64,000 nt of DNA. It comes from Candidatus Saccharimonadota bacterium. GTDB taxonomy: Bacteria; Patescibacteriota; Saccharimonadia; CAILAD01; BJGX01. Below the pieces are notes generated by a model. It saw only the letters and a list, made by a program, of their open reading frames with translations. It ran no database searches and was not told where the DNA came from. The stretch covers positions 140,530-204,529 of the forward strand of contig JAXLZU010000001.1 of assembly GCA_046350735.1 (NCBI GenBank). Direction: 5' to 3'. A program made the position numbers and the translations under genes. Below are positions 21,896 to 32,351 of this stretch, one piece after another. Position 1 is the first letter of the stretch, and every line of letters starts with the position of its first letter.

Positions 21896-21972
21896 TGGTG
21901 CGCCCTGAGGGATTCGAACCCCCGGCCTTCTGGTCCGAAGCCAGACGCTCTATCCAGCTGAGCTAAGGGCGC
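21896..21972 (-). tRNA. tRNA-Arg(TCG)
   Basis: Reverse complement reads GCGCCCTTAGCTCAG...CTTCGGA...GGGCGCACCA. Confidence 0.95.
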
Positions 21973-22060
21973 GAAAATACCAAAACGAACCTGTATATTC
22001 TACTATAAAAGACCCAAAAAGAAAAGAACCAATTTATATAATTGGTGCTATAATGTTGAT

Positions 22061-22285
22061 ATGGATTTAAACACACTTACAGGTCAATATTGGTGGCTCT
22101 TAATTCTCACATTAATTTGGAGTATTGGTTGGAAGGGCTGGGCACTATGGATAGCTGCCCATAGGGAAGAAAAAGTATGGTTTATTGTTTTTCTGATAGT
22201 GAATACTGTTGGTATTTTAGAAATCTTTTATATTTTCTACTTTTCTAAGCAATCGCAAAATAATACTTCTCCTGCAAAGAAATAA
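22061..22285 (+). CDS. Small membrane protein (DUF5652-like)
   Basis: WSIGWKGWALWIAA-WFIVFLIVNTVGILEIFYIF pattern. Confidence 0.8.
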   Translation: MDLNTLTGQYWWLLILTLIWSIGWKGWALWIAAHREEKVWFIVFLIVNTVGILEIFYIFYFSKQSQNNTSPAKK

Positions 22286-22299
22286 TATCTTGCGAAAAG

Positions 22300-22911
22300 A
22301 TGCATTCTAAAAAGTCGAAACGTATTAACCATCAATCAAAAAAACGTACTAGTACTTCAGTAATACTGATTATTATTGCTGGTGTGCTTTTGGGTGCAGG
22401 AATTTACATATTACTGCTATTGCTAACACCCAAACTTAGCAGAAATTCAGCCAAAGAATTTCAGAAAACCCAAGAGCAGTTACAAGTATCAAATAAAAAT
22501 TTTCTTACTATTCCAAGTGCAAGTATTGCGGCAGAAATATCAGAAGGCGATGTGAATGTCCTAGATAAAGGTGTAGTCTGGCACCGATTGCCAGCGGTCG
22601 GTAATCCAGAAAAAGGCGGAAATACTATCCTTACTGGTCATAGCTTTGTTTGGGGATATACTCCAAAGCAAATTAAAGAGCAATCAATTTTTTATAATCT
22701 AAATGAAGTTAAGGTGGGCGATAAACTACAGGTGCGCTGGAACAATACAACCTACAATTACGAAGTGAGTGAAACGAAACAGGTTAAGCCGAACCAAATT
22801 GAGATTGAAAAACCCAGCAAAGAGGCCAAATTAACCATATATACCTGTACACTTGGCGGTAGTGCCGATGGTAGAGTAGTGGTAATTGCCAGGCCTACAG
22901 ATACGCACTAG
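22300..22911 (+). CDS. Sortase
   Basis: N-terminal TM, GNTILTGH (His), LTIYTC (Cys) and GRVVVIA (Arg). Confidence 0.92.
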   Translation: MHSKKSKRINHQSKKRTSTSVILIIIAGVLLGAGIYILLLLLTPKLSRNSAKEFQKTQEQLQVSNKNFLTIPSASIAAEISEGDVNVLDKGVVWHRLPAVGNPEKGGNTILTGHSFVWGYTPKQIKEQSIFYNLNEVKVGDKLQVRWNNTTYNYEVSETKQVKPNQIEIEKPSKEAKLTIYTCTLGGSADGRVVVIARPTDTH

Positions 22912-22948
22912 TTTGACCAAAAGCTAATCATCGGCTAGACTTATAAGC

Positions 22949-24787
22949 ATGAGAAGATTACAAATCTTTGGTTTGATGCTGATAGCAGCAGTATTGTGTG
23001 TATTTTTGTTTAGTAATAAAGCTCATGCCGCCACGTTTACTGTTACTGACAACGGAGATGCTTCTGCCGTAGACCCTTCAGTTAGCTGTGATACTGCCGG
23101 AAGTGTATGTACGCTTCGTTCTGCTATTGAGGCTGCCAATGCCCAGGCTGGGGCTGATAGTATCTCTTTTAATATTCCAGGTTCTGGTGTACATACAATT
23201 ACACCTGGTTCAGCATACCCCAATATTACTGATGAAGTTACAATAGATGGTTCGACCCAACCAGGTGCACAATGCGGCACATTAGTACCAGCAAATCTAC
23301 CACAATCTAGCAATACGCCACACACTCTACTTATTGAAGTAAACGGCTCGAATATTGTGGGTAGCATCTTAACCATTTCTACTGCTTCAGCAAATAACTC
23401 GATAGTAAAAGGCTTGGTACTAAACCATGCAGTATCTGGTAATGCTATTGTAGTAAATGGCGCAAATAACTCAACAATAGAATGCAATTATCTAGGTACC
23501 AACACCAATGGTTCGGCTGCTGCAGGAAATTATGCTGCTGGGGTATCAGTAAGTAATGTACCAACAATAACTATTCAAAATAATTTAATCTCCGGCTCTT
23601 CATCGGGTAATGGCATAGATATTAGTTCTGATGGTAGTGTAGGTTCTGGGTTAATACAAAATAATCTAATCGGAACAGATTCTTCTGGTATTAATGGTCT
23701 TAGCAATAGCTATACGGGTGTAAATATGTTCAACACAAATGGTTGGGGTGTAAAACATAATGTTGTTTCGGGTAATAATACTATTGGAATCAATATTAGT
23801 ACATCTTTTTCTGTGACGGTCACGGGCAATTTTGTAGGAGTAAATTTAAATGGCTCTCCATTAGGAAATAATAGTGACGGTTTGGTATTTTTTAGCTCTT
23901 CTAATTTTGTTATTGGTGGTAATACTGCTACCCTACGCAATGTACTATCTGCAAATCAAGGAGATGGGCTACATATTTATAATAACTGCCAAGGAGATAC
24001 TGCTTCGGCAAACTCTACGATACAAGGTAACTATATAGGAACCACTGCATCTGGTTTGCCTCAGGCGGGGTATGGCAACCAAGGTGCTGGGATAGAAGTG
24101 AACGAATATCAGGGTAGCTGTGGAAGCGTATATCGTCATCAAATAGGGGGTGACGGTTCTGGTGAATCAAATATTATCGCCGGTAACACTAATCAGGGAA
24201 TACTAGTGCATCAAGACAGCAGTCATGACGTATTTAGTATAAGTTCTATAGGTAATAGTATTTATGCCAATGGTCAGTTTGGTATAGACTTAGCTGCTGA
24301 TACAGGAGGTGATGGTATTGCAGATGTTGATCTAGGGCCAAATCTACTCAACAATTTTCTCATGACGTATGGCGCTACTAATGCTAATTATTACATTAAT
24401 CGACCAGTAATTAATTCAACTTCATACACTGGCAATCAGCTAACGGTTAATTACAGTTTGCAAGCTCCTGGTATTACCGATAACTTACCATATATACAGG
24501 CATCTAACCTTGTGGGATTTCGCCTTGACTTCTATCTAAATGATGCCGGACAAGATGGAGCATATTCTGGCTATTCTCAAGGCAAGACACATCTTGGATC
24601 CTTTATAGTTAACGGCCCTGAAAATAATGCAAATCATACCTTTACCAGTCCAGTTACACTTAAGGATGGACAGACAGTTACGGCAACAACTACTGTTTTA
24701 TGGCAGATAATTCCAAACCCAGGCACTAATTGCCAAGGTGATATTTGGGGTGTTGGTGTACCATATACTACAACTTGTAATCAATAA
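22949..24787 (+). CDS. Secreted CSLREA-domain parallel beta-helix protein, paralog 1
   Basis: Signal peptide, CTLRSAIEAAN, repeated IxGNYIGT/NxISGN coils and a C-terminal Ig-like region. No TM or LPxTG at the end. Confidence 0.85.
   Translation: MRRLQIFGLMLIAAVLCVFLFSNKAHAATFTVTDNGDASAVDPSVSCDTAGSVCTLRSAIEAANAQAGADSISFNIPGSGVHTITPGSAYPNITDEVTIDGSTQPGAQCGTLVPANLPQSSNTPHTLLIEVNGSNIVGSILTISTASANNSIVKGLVLNHAVSGNAIVVNGANNSTIECNYLGTNTNGSAAAGNYAAGVSVSNVPTITIQNNLISGSSSGNGIDISSDGSVGSGLIQNNLIGTDSSGINGLSNSYTGVNMFNTNGWGVKHNVVSGNNTIGINISTSFSVTVTGNFVGVNLNGSPLGNNSDGLVFFSSSNFVIGGNTATLRNVLSANQGDGLHIYNNCQGDTASANSTIQGNYIGTTASGLPQAGYGNQGAGIEVNEYQGSCGSVYRHQIGGDGSGESNIIAGNTNQGILVHQDSSHDVFSISSIGNSIYANGQFGIDLAADTGGDGIADVDLGPNLLNNFLMTYGATNANYYINRPVINSTSYTGNQLTVNYSLQAPGITDNLPYIQASNLVGFRLDFYLNDAGQDGAYSGYSQGKTHLGSFIVNGPENNANHTFTSPVTLKDGQTVTATTTVLWQIIPNPGTNCQGDIWGVGVPYTTTCNQ
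23018..23154 (+). repeat. 137-bp near-identical repeat shared with 25209-25345
   Basis: Two mismatches over 137 bp. A second 43-bp exact block lies at 23223-23265 / 25414-25456. Confidence 0.9.
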
Positions 24788-24808
24788 TAATTAAAGAGAG
24801 GAGCCAAG

Positions 24809-25111
24809 ATGAGAAATAGTTTAACTAAAATAAGTGTGTTGCTAGTAGGAATACTGACATATGGATTTGTTAGCTTATCTATTCCTTCTATTGCACTAGC
24901 TCAAGAGATTAATCCTGCTGCTGGAACATATTCTTATGGTTCTACCTCAGAGTTTTCTCCTTATGTAGCCCTTACATCCAGCTCAACGCTCGCACCAACA
25001 GGTGCTGACCAGTATGTTGGCTATATAGCAATAGGTATATTGCTGCTAACTGCTAGTGGAATTTTTGTATACGCTATTAAGAATCGACGTCAGTATATTC
25101 GGGCTAATTAA
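24809..25111 (+). CDS. Small secreted protein with sortase sorting signal (LAPTG)
   Basis: GAGGAG SD, signal peptide ending ALA, GSTSEFS, LAPTG, a hydrophobic helix and a KNRR tail. Confidence 0.8.
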   Translation: MRNSLTKISVLLVGILTYGFVSLSIPSIALAQEINPAAGTYSYGSTSEFSPYVALTSSSTLAPTGADQYVGYIAIGILLLTASGIFVYAIKNRRQYIRAN

Positions 25112-25139
25112 TTGAAAAGTCATTTGCATCGAGATAAAA

Positions 25140-26987
25140 ATGAAAAAATTTTCTACACTCTGCCTTAGCCTAATACTAGCGTTACTCTGCGTACTAATTT
25201 TTTCTACCAAAGCTCATGCCGCCACGTTTACTGTTACTGACAACGGAGATGCTTCTGCCGTAGACCCTTCAGTTAGCTGTGATACTGCCGGAAGTGTATG
25301 TACGCTTCGTTCTGCCATTGAGGCTGCTAATGCCCAGGCTGGGGCAGACACAATAAGCTTTAATATTAGCGGACCTGGAGAACATACAATTAGTCCAGCA
25401 ACTGCTCTGCCTGATATTACTGATGAAGTTACAATAGATGGTTCGACCCAACCAGGAGCGCAGTGCGGTACGTTAGTACCAGTAAATCTACCCGCAACCA
25501 ATACACCCCATGTTCTTAACGTCGTAATTAATGGTAATGCTCTTGGTGCTGCTAATACATTATTATTTGATACCGGTTCAGATAATTCTGTAGTTAAGGG
25601 TCTGGTATTAAATGGAAATACTGGCAATACAGCATTGCAAATTAACTCTACCGTAGGAGGGGTATTAATTGAGTGTAACTACTTAGGTACCAATGCGGCT
25701 GGCGACACAATAGTTACAAATTCTAACCTCAATATAGGTGCCTTTATTAATTCTGGTACCACCACTATTCAAAACAACTTGATTTCTGGATCGAGTGTGG
25801 GAGTGTTGGCTAACTCAGCAAATATAACGAATAACCTTATAGGCACGAATGCTAACGGTACTGGTGCATTAGGTAATAGTGCACAAGGTATATTAATTAA
25901 CTATAGCTCGCAGAATCTGGCAATTTCGCATAATATTATATCTGGCAACAATCTAGGTATTTATATCACATTAAATGGTCCAAATAATAGCATTCATGGA
26001 AATTATATCGGTGTAGGTGTAACAGGGAACCCACTTGGTAATACCACTGGCGGCATTACCGCATTTGGTGCAAATGATTTTTCAATAGGGGGTGTTTCGG
26101 TTACCGACAGAAATATAATTTCTGCTAATGGAGGTGATGGTATACATATATATAGTAATTGTAATACCGGCCAATCTGTTGGTTCGACTACATACGGCAA
26201 CTATATTGGCACAAACACCTCTGGTAATGTTCAAAACGGATTTGGAAATAACGGAGCTGGGATAGAGGTAAACGAATATCAGGGGAGTTGTGAGTCTGTT
26301 TATAATCATGTTATCGGCGGTGATTTAGCTGGTCAACCAAATACTATCGCAGGTAATACTAATCAAGGAGTGCTTGTACATCAGGACCTGGACCATGACG
26401 TATTTAGCGTAGTAATATTAGGTAATAGTATCTATGGTAATGGCCAGTTTGGTATTGATTTGGCATCTGATTCGAGTGGTTTTGATGGAGTAGCTGATAC
26501 CGATCTTGGACCCAATCCACTTAACCAACTCGCAATGACGTATCCAACCACAGTTGCTAATTATTATCTAAATACTGCTACAATAAATTCAGCCACCTAC
26601 ACTGGGAACGAAATTACAGTCAACTATAGTTTTCTAGCAAATCCTGTACAAAATAGTAATGATGGGGTAAGTTTGCTTACTAGTGATTTAGTTGGCTATC
26701 GTTTAGATTTCTACATTAATAATGGAGGGCAAGATGGCGCATATGCTGGCTATGGTCAAGGTAAGATCCACTTGGGCAGTTTTATTGTAAGTGGTGCTGC
26801 CAGTGGGGCTACACATACTTTCACAAGCCCAATACCTCTCACGAATGGTCAAAATATCACTGTAACATCAACAGCACTTTGGACTAATAATCCAGGTCCT
26901 GCTATTACTCCTCGTTCTTGTGACGGTGAAACCCAGCGCGTCGGCAATGGTCCAAAGTATGATTACCAAGGCTCTTGCCCTAACTAG
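25140..26987 (+). CDS. Secreted CSLREA-domain parallel beta-helix protein, paralog 2
   Basis: Same architecture as 22949..24787; no C-terminal anchor. Confidence 0.85.
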   Translation: MKKFSTLCLSLILALLCVLIFSTKAHAATFTVTDNGDASAVDPSVSCDTAGSVCTLRSAIEAANAQAGADTISFNISGPGEHTISPATALPDITDEVTIDGSTQPGAQCGTLVPVNLPATNTPHVLNVVINGNALGAANTLLFDTGSDNSVVKGLVLNGNTGNTALQINSTVGGVLIECNYLGTNAAGDTIVTNSNLNIGAFINSGTTTIQNNLISGSSVGVLANSANITNNLIGTNANGTGALGNSAQGILINYSSQNLAISHNIISGNNLGIYITLNGPNNSIHGNYIGVGVTGNPLGNTTGGITAFGANDFSIGGVSVTDRNIISANGGDGIHIYSNCNTGQSVGSTTYGNYIGTNTSGNVQNGFGNNGAGIEVNEYQGSCESVYNHVIGGDLAGQPNTIAGNTNQGVLVHQDLDHDVFSVVILGNSIYGNGQFGIDLASDSSGFDGVADTDLGPNPLNQLAMTYPTTVANYYLNTATINSATYTGNEITVNYSFLANPVQNSNDGVSLLTSDLVGYRLDFYINNGGQDGAYAGYGQGKIHLGSFIVSGAASGATHTFTSPIPLTNGQNITVTSTALWTNNPGPAITPRSCDGETQRVGNGPKYDYQGSCPN

Positions 26988-27142
26988 AAATTTACCAAAC
27001 AGAATATATTTTAATTGATTCTCATCTAATCGGGTACATATTATTTACCTTTTGCTAGTAAGTGTAATAGTTGCTAGGTAATATATTTTACTTTGACAAA
27101 TAGTTTCTTGAAGAAAACCTTTTTCTGATAGATAATAGAGTA

Positions 27143-28453
27143 ATGAATAAAGTTACTCCACGTCGTCCATCTGGGTTTCCAGAATATTTACCTGCAGAGC
27201 AAATTGAGTTTCAACGAATGATCTCTGCAATTGCTGATACATATGAGTTGTTTGGATTTACACCAATAGAAACTCCAGCCATCGAATTAGCAGAAGTATT
27301 ATTGGCTAAGGGTGGCGGAGAAACAGAAAAAGAAATTTACCGGTTTAGTAAAGGCGAAAAAGAGTATGCTCTGCATTATGATTTAACTGTTCCACTGGCT
27401 CGCTATGTATCAGAACACCAAAACAATTTGGCAATGCCATTTAGACGTTATCAAATTCAAAAAAACTGGCGTGCCGAGCGAGCGCAAAAAGGTCGCTTTA
27501 GAGAATTTTTGCAATGCGATGTAGATATCATTGGTTCTCACTCTGTATTACACGATGCTGAAATAGTTGCAGTTGTGAGTGAAGCTTTTGCTCGGCTAGC
27601 AATAGGTGAATACATTATTCGTATTAGTAATAGAAAATTACTCAGTGGTTTTGTGGATGCAATTGGCTTGGCAGATAAAGCAGCCGATGTTCTGCATCTT
27701 GTTGATAAGTTAGACAAAATTGGTAAAGATATGCTTGCAGAAGAATTTGGCAAGATTGGTTTGAGTAGTAATGACACTCAACAAGTAATCGACTTTGTTT
27801 CTATGAGCGGCACGCCAGAAGAGGTATTAGAACAACTAGAAGGTCTCTCTATTGATAATAAAACCTTTCTTACTGGTATCGCAGAAATGAAAGAGCTACT
27901 CTTTGCACTAAAAGCAGCCAACGTTAATCCCAAAGTTTATTCTTTTGATTTACGAATAGTAAGAGGATTAGATTATTATACTGGCACTGTGTACGAAACT
28001 AACTTAGTTGATTATCCAGAATTTGGTAGTGTGTGCTCAGGTGGACGGTATAACGATCTCACAAAATATTACTCCAGCGCAGATTTACCCGGGGTGGGTA
28101 TTTCTATTGGACTAACCCGACTCTTTGCGGCTATGCAAGAAGCACATAAAATAGATAGTAAAGCTGCTTCGCCAAATAAAATACTAATTGCCCAGTTTGG
28201 CGGTAAAGAAGTACTTGCTAAAGCATTGAATGTTGCTAGTGAATTACGTAGTCAAAAAATTAATACACAAATATACCTCGACGAAGCAAAACTAGATAAA
28301 CAATTTAAGTATGCAGACAAGTTAGGTGTGCCATATGTTCTGGTTATTGGAACCGCTGAGCTCGAAAGCGGTAATGTTGTCTTAAAAGATATGAAAACAG
28401 GCGAGCAAGCAGTATTGTCTATAAAAGAAGTATTAGAAAAACTAAGCCAATAA
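27143..28453 (+). CDS. hisS: Histidine-tRNA ligase
   Basis: YDLTVPLAR, RAERAQKGRFREFLQCD, RGLDYYTG and SGGRY motifs. Confidence 0.97.
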   Translation: MNKVTPRRPSGFPEYLPAEQIEFQRMISAIADTYELFGFTPIETPAIELAEVLLAKGGGETEKEIYRFSKGEKEYALHYDLTVPLARYVSEHQNNLAMPFRRYQIQKNWRAERAQKGRFREFLQCDVDIIGSHSVLHDAEIVAVVSEAFARLAIGEYIIRISNRKLLSGFVDAIGLADKAADVLHLVDKLDKIGKDMLAEEFGKIGLSSNDTQQVIDFVSMSGTPEEVLEQLEGLSIDNKTFLTGIAEMKELLFALKAANVNPKVYSFDLRIVRGLDYYTGTVYETNLVDYPEFGSVCSGGRYNDLTKYYSSADLPGVGISIGLTRLFAAMQEAHKIDSKAASPNKILIAQFGGKEVLAKALNVASELRSQKINTQIYLDEAKLDKQFKYADKLGVPYVLVIGTAELESGNVVLKDMKTGEQAVLSIKEVLEKLSQ

Positions 28454-28569
28454 AAGCAGCAAGCACTTGCTGTTTATGTATTTACATTATATCACACATT
28501 AATACCAAAAAACAGTCTTGTTCTTTTGTCAAATTAAGAGCAGAATACTTAAATAAATAGGAGTTAAAT

Positions 28570-29859
28570 ATGAAATATAAGACCCATCTAATATCTTTAA
28601 AAAATGGTGCTAGTCTTTTGGCTATTGATGTAGCAGATACTAAGAAGTTTTTATTTAACTCATGTTTTAGGGCTGGCTGGGATTATACAGAACCATCAAA
28701 GCAAGAGCTAGCACATTTATTAGAGCACTTAGCCTTTTGTGGTAATTCAAAATACAAAACTGAGGAAGCACTTTCATATGAGGCAGAAAAATATGGTGTA
28801 AGGTTTAATGCGAATACATCTGATCATCTAATTAGGTATTATTATAATGGTGGTATTAATGAGTATGAACATATTATAGATTTAGCTACTGCACAAATTG
28901 GTAAACCAATTTTTTCAAAAAAAGACATTGATAATCAAAAAAAAGTTGTTGCCGTAGAACTTTCTAGAAAAAAGGATAACGACTCAGATAGATGTGGTTA
29001 CCTGGCAAGTCAAACAATAATGACAAAGTTTTTGTCCATAGATGAAAGAATTGCGTCTCTCAATAATATTAATCGAAAAGATATAGTTAAATATTTTAAT
29101 CAATACCATGTAGCTCAAAATTTATATTTTATTATAGCTGGTGATCTCAGCAGTGGAAGACTATCAAATATCGAATCTATTTTAAATAAGTTTTTAGAAA
29201 CATATAGAACAGGTGAAAAACAAAAATGGAATAAGAAAAATCTAGGGAAATTTAATAAACAGATACTAGTTCAAGATTCTAAGTTAGAAGCAGAACAACA
29301 TTTTGAATTACACTTTACTAAAAAGAATTACAATAAACAATTAGAGGCACCAATGAAGATATTTAATACTCTTTTGGGTGTTGGATTTGGTGCTAGATTA
29401 TTTACAAAAACACGCCAAGAAGGATTGAGTTACGGTGCGCATTCCTATTTTGAAATAGACGAAGATTATAGTTACTTTATTATAAAAGACCGAACTCAAC
29501 CTAAAAATACTACTAGACTATTCGACATTTGCGTAAGTGAAGTTGCAAAAATTTTGGATGGTAAATTTACTAAGGAAGAGTGGGAAAGAGCAAAGGGTTT
29601 TTGTTTAGCTTCTTTAGAAATTGGATTTGAAACACCGGATGATCTTGAATATTGGTTTGACACAGACTTTTTAGAAGATAAGCCACTTGAGACACCAGAT
29701 AGTTTTATTAATAAACTCAAAAAAGTGCAACCAAAAGATATCACAAAACTCAGAAATTCATTTTTTAAAGACTCAGAATGGCTTGTATCATTAGTGGGTA
29801 AGGATATTGGTAAAGATCAAGCAAAATATAAGCAAATTGTTGAAAAGTATTTTGGTTAG
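28570..29859 (+). CDS. M16 family zinc peptidase
   Basis: AHLLEHL (HxxEH), FNANTS and ARLFTKTRQEGLSY motifs. Confidence 0.9.
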   Translation: MKYKTHLISLKNGASLLAIDVADTKKFLFNSCFRAGWDYTEPSKQELAHLLEHLAFCGNSKYKTEEALSYEAEKYGVRFNANTSDHLIRYYYNGGINEYEHIIDLATAQIGKPIFSKKDIDNQKKVVAVELSRKKDNDSDRCGYLASQTIMTKFLSIDERIASLNNINRKDIVKYFNQYHVAQNLYFIIAGDLSSGRLSNIESILNKFLETYRTGEKQKWNKKNLGKFNKQILVQDSKLEAEQHFELHFTKKNYNKQLEAPMKIFNTLLGVGFGARLFTKTRQEGLSYGAHSYFEIDEDYSYFIIKDRTQPKNTTRLFDICVSEVAKILDGKFTKEEWERAKGFCLASLEIGFETPDDLEYWFDTDFLEDKPLETPDSFINKLKKVQPKDITKLRNSFFKDSEWLVSLVGKDIGKDQAKYKQIVEKYFG

Positions 29860-31103
29860 TTAATTAATTCAGAGATTTTTATCATTTCTTTTTTGCCTGT
29901 TGCTCGGTCTACAATCTCTACAGAATCTGTTTCTAGTGTCTTTTTAGAAATAATTATTTGGTTAGGAATACCAATAAGGTCGGCGTCACCAAATTTTTCA
30001 CCTGGGCTTACATCAATACGGTCGTCAAAGAGACAGGTATCTACACCAAGTGTAGAGTATATCTTTTCGCCTGCATCTATATTAGCTTTATCTGGCAATG
30101 CAATAATATGGTATTTGTATGGAGAGACATTTTCGGGCCATACCAACCCTTTTGTGTCTGCAAATTTTTCTGCAATAACACCCATTAGGCGAGATATGCC
30201 AATACCATAACTACCCATCCAAACTAATTTGCGCTGATTGTCTTTGTCGGTATAGTTGTAGTCTAATAGCTCAGAATATTTGGTACCCAATGGAAAAATA
30301 TTACCAACCTCACTAGCCTTTAGTTGCTCGAGCTTGCTAAAATCTACACCGAGTTTTTTAGCATCTTCTGGTGTGGTTACTTCTTTATTGTAGGCAATAT
30401 TATTTTTTCGATCTAAATATATAACATCCTCACCGCTTTCTAAAATGGTCTGAAACTCATGTGAATATTCTTTAGTAAAATCGCCACCAGATGCCAGGGT
30501 AATAAATGTGTCGCTTGCAAGACCAAGTTTTTTATATACTGCTAAATATCGTTCTTTGGCTATTTCGTAAAACTCTTTTAGACTTTCTTCTGTTGTATGA
30601 AAACTATACAGATCTTTCATAATAAATTCACGCCCTCGCAATAGACCAGATTTTGCACGGGCTTCATTGCGGAATTTAGTTTGAATTTGGTAGGTAGCAA
30701 AAGGTAGATCTTTATAACTAGCGGCATATTGTTTGGCAATAGGAGTAATAATATCTTCGTGGGTAGGATTAAGAATGTATTCGGCTGTACTTTTTTGCAA
30801 AGCAACTTCGTTAGCAGCCTTAGTACTCATTAGTACATCTACACTATCGTGACGTTTGGTAGCTTGCCATCTCTCTCTTGGAGATAGAGAAGTAAGATGT
30901 AGTTCTGTAGCTATTTTGTTCATTTCTTCTCTTACAATAGACTCAATATTTTGAATTACTCGCCAGCCTAATGGTAAGAATGCATATGCTCCAGCTAGTT
31001 CTTGATAAATAAACCCAGCCCGAATTAATAACTTAGCATTAATTGATTCAGTTTCTGTTGAAACGGTTTTTGAGGTCTTGGTAAAGTTTTGAGAAAATTT
31101 CAT
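29856..31103 (-). CDS. proS: Proline-tRNA ligase (no editing insert)
   Basis: LNPTHED, YQIQTKFRNEARAKSGLLRGREFIMKDLYSF and MGSYGIGISR motifs. Confidence 0.96.
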   Translation of the reverse strand: MKFSQNFTKTSKTVSTETESINAKLLIRAGFIYQELAGAYAFLPLGWRVIQNIESIVREEMNKIATELHLTSLSPRERWQATKRHDSVDVLMSTKAANEVALQKSTAEYILNPTHEDIITPIAKQYAASYKDLPFATYQIQTKFRNEARAKSGLLRGREFIMKDLYSFHTTEESLKEFYEIAKERYLAVYKKLGLASDTFITLASGGDFTKEYSHEFQTILESGEDVIYLDRKNNIAYNKEVTTPEDAKKLGVDFSKLEQLKASEVGNIFPLGTKYSELLDYNYTDKDNQRKLVWMGSYGIGISRLMGVIAEKFADTKGLVWPENVSPYKYHIIALPDKANIDAGEKIYSTLGVDTCLFDDRIDVSPGEKFGDADLIGIPNQIIISKKTLETDSVEIVDRATGKKEMIKISELIN

Positions 31104-31144
31104 GTTCTTATTATCTTATGGAACAGATAGTAAAGCAATAAAAA

Positions 31145-32323
31145 TTACTTTTTCATTAAAACCTCTATGCCTGGTAATTTCTTGCCCGACAATAGTTCGA
31201 GACTAGCCCCACCGCCAGTTGAGACAAAACTAAAGTGAGAGTGCAAACCAGCACCATCTATATATGCAGCTGTATCACCACCACCAATAATAGTTTTAGC
31301 ATCACTACTAATCATGGCATGCGCCAAACTTTCAGATGCTTTGGCGAGAGTAGGAACTTCGGCGCGTCCAAGTGTACCATTCCAAAATACCGTTTTACTA
31401 CCAGCGATAACCTCATTAAATAAATCCATGGTTTCAGGACCAAGATCGAGTGTAATTTCTTGTGGTTTTAGCTGATTAATCTTGGTGGTTCGTAGGTCTT
31501 TTTTGCCATTAACATCTTTTGCAACAACTACGTCACTGGGGAGTAGTAGGCGAACTTTACGTCGCTTGGCGGCAGCGATAATCTTTTTGGCATCAGCAAA
31601 CGAATCTTTTTCTACAAGACTAGCTTGCATATTATTACCAAGTGCTGCCAAAAAAGTATTGGCCATTGCACCGCCTATTAGCAATGCATTAACGTGTTTA
31701 AGAAGTTCATTGAGTACTTCTATCTTGTCCGATATTTTAGCCCCACCAATAACTGCTGTGTATGGTTTGGCTGGAGACTTCATAAGTTCTGTAATAGTAT
31801 TATATTCTCGCTCTAACAAAAGCCCTGCAGCATGAGGAAGAATTTTAGGAACACCAACGATACTTGCGTGTGCCCGGTGAACGGCTGCAAAGGCATCGTC
31901 TATATAGCAATCGGCAAGTGCGGCTAGGTCTTTGGCAAATTGCTTGTCATTATCTTCTTCGCCTTTATGAAATCGTAAATTTTCGAGAAGTAATATATCG
32001 CCGGTACGTAGATATTTTGCTTCACTTTCTACCTCGCTGCCCACACAATTATCAACAAAAATAACATCTCTATTAAGTAGCTTGGGTAATAGTTTGGCAA
32101 CTGGTCTTAGACTTAACGCATCAACAACTCTACCATTAGGTCTTCCATTATGACTAGCTAAAATTATCGAACAGTCTTGCTCTAATAAGTATTCAATAGT
32201 TGGTAAGCTTGATCGTACCCGAAACTCATCGGTAACTTCGCCGTCATTAACAACATTATAATCTACCCGTAGAAATACTTTCTTGCCGGCAAAATCGACA
32301 TTATCGAGCGTAAGCAGTTTCAT
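31145..32323 (-). CDS. pgk: Phosphoglycerate kinase
   Basis: RVDYNV, LLENLRF, GGAKISDK and STGGGASLE motifs. Confidence 0.97.
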   Translation of the reverse strand: MKLLTLDNVDFAGKKVFLRVDYNVVNDGEVTDEFRVRSSLPTIEYLLEQDCSIILASHNGRPNGRVVDALSLRPVAKLLPKLLNRDVIFVDNCVGSEVESEAKYLRTGDILLLENLRFHKGEEDNDKQFAKDLAALADCYIDDAFAAVHRAHASIVGVPKILPHAAGLLLEREYNTITELMKSPAKPYTAVIGGAKISDKIEVLNELLKHVNALLIGGAMANTFLAALGNNMQASLVEKDSFADAKKIIAAAKRRKVRLLLPSDVVVAKDVNGKKDLRTTKINQLKPQEITLDLGPETMDLFNEVIAGSKTVFWNGTLGRAEVPTLAKASESLAHAMISSDAKTIIGGGDTAAYIDGAGLHSHFSFVSTGGGASLELLSGKKLPGIEVLMKK

Positions 32324-32351
32324 TTAGTCATTATATCAAAGAATGATACTC

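Noticed and set aside
24785-24811. Sequencing error splitting one adhesin gene
   Set aside because: There are two consecutive stops, an SD and a new signal peptide, and paralog 2 ends at the equivalent point.
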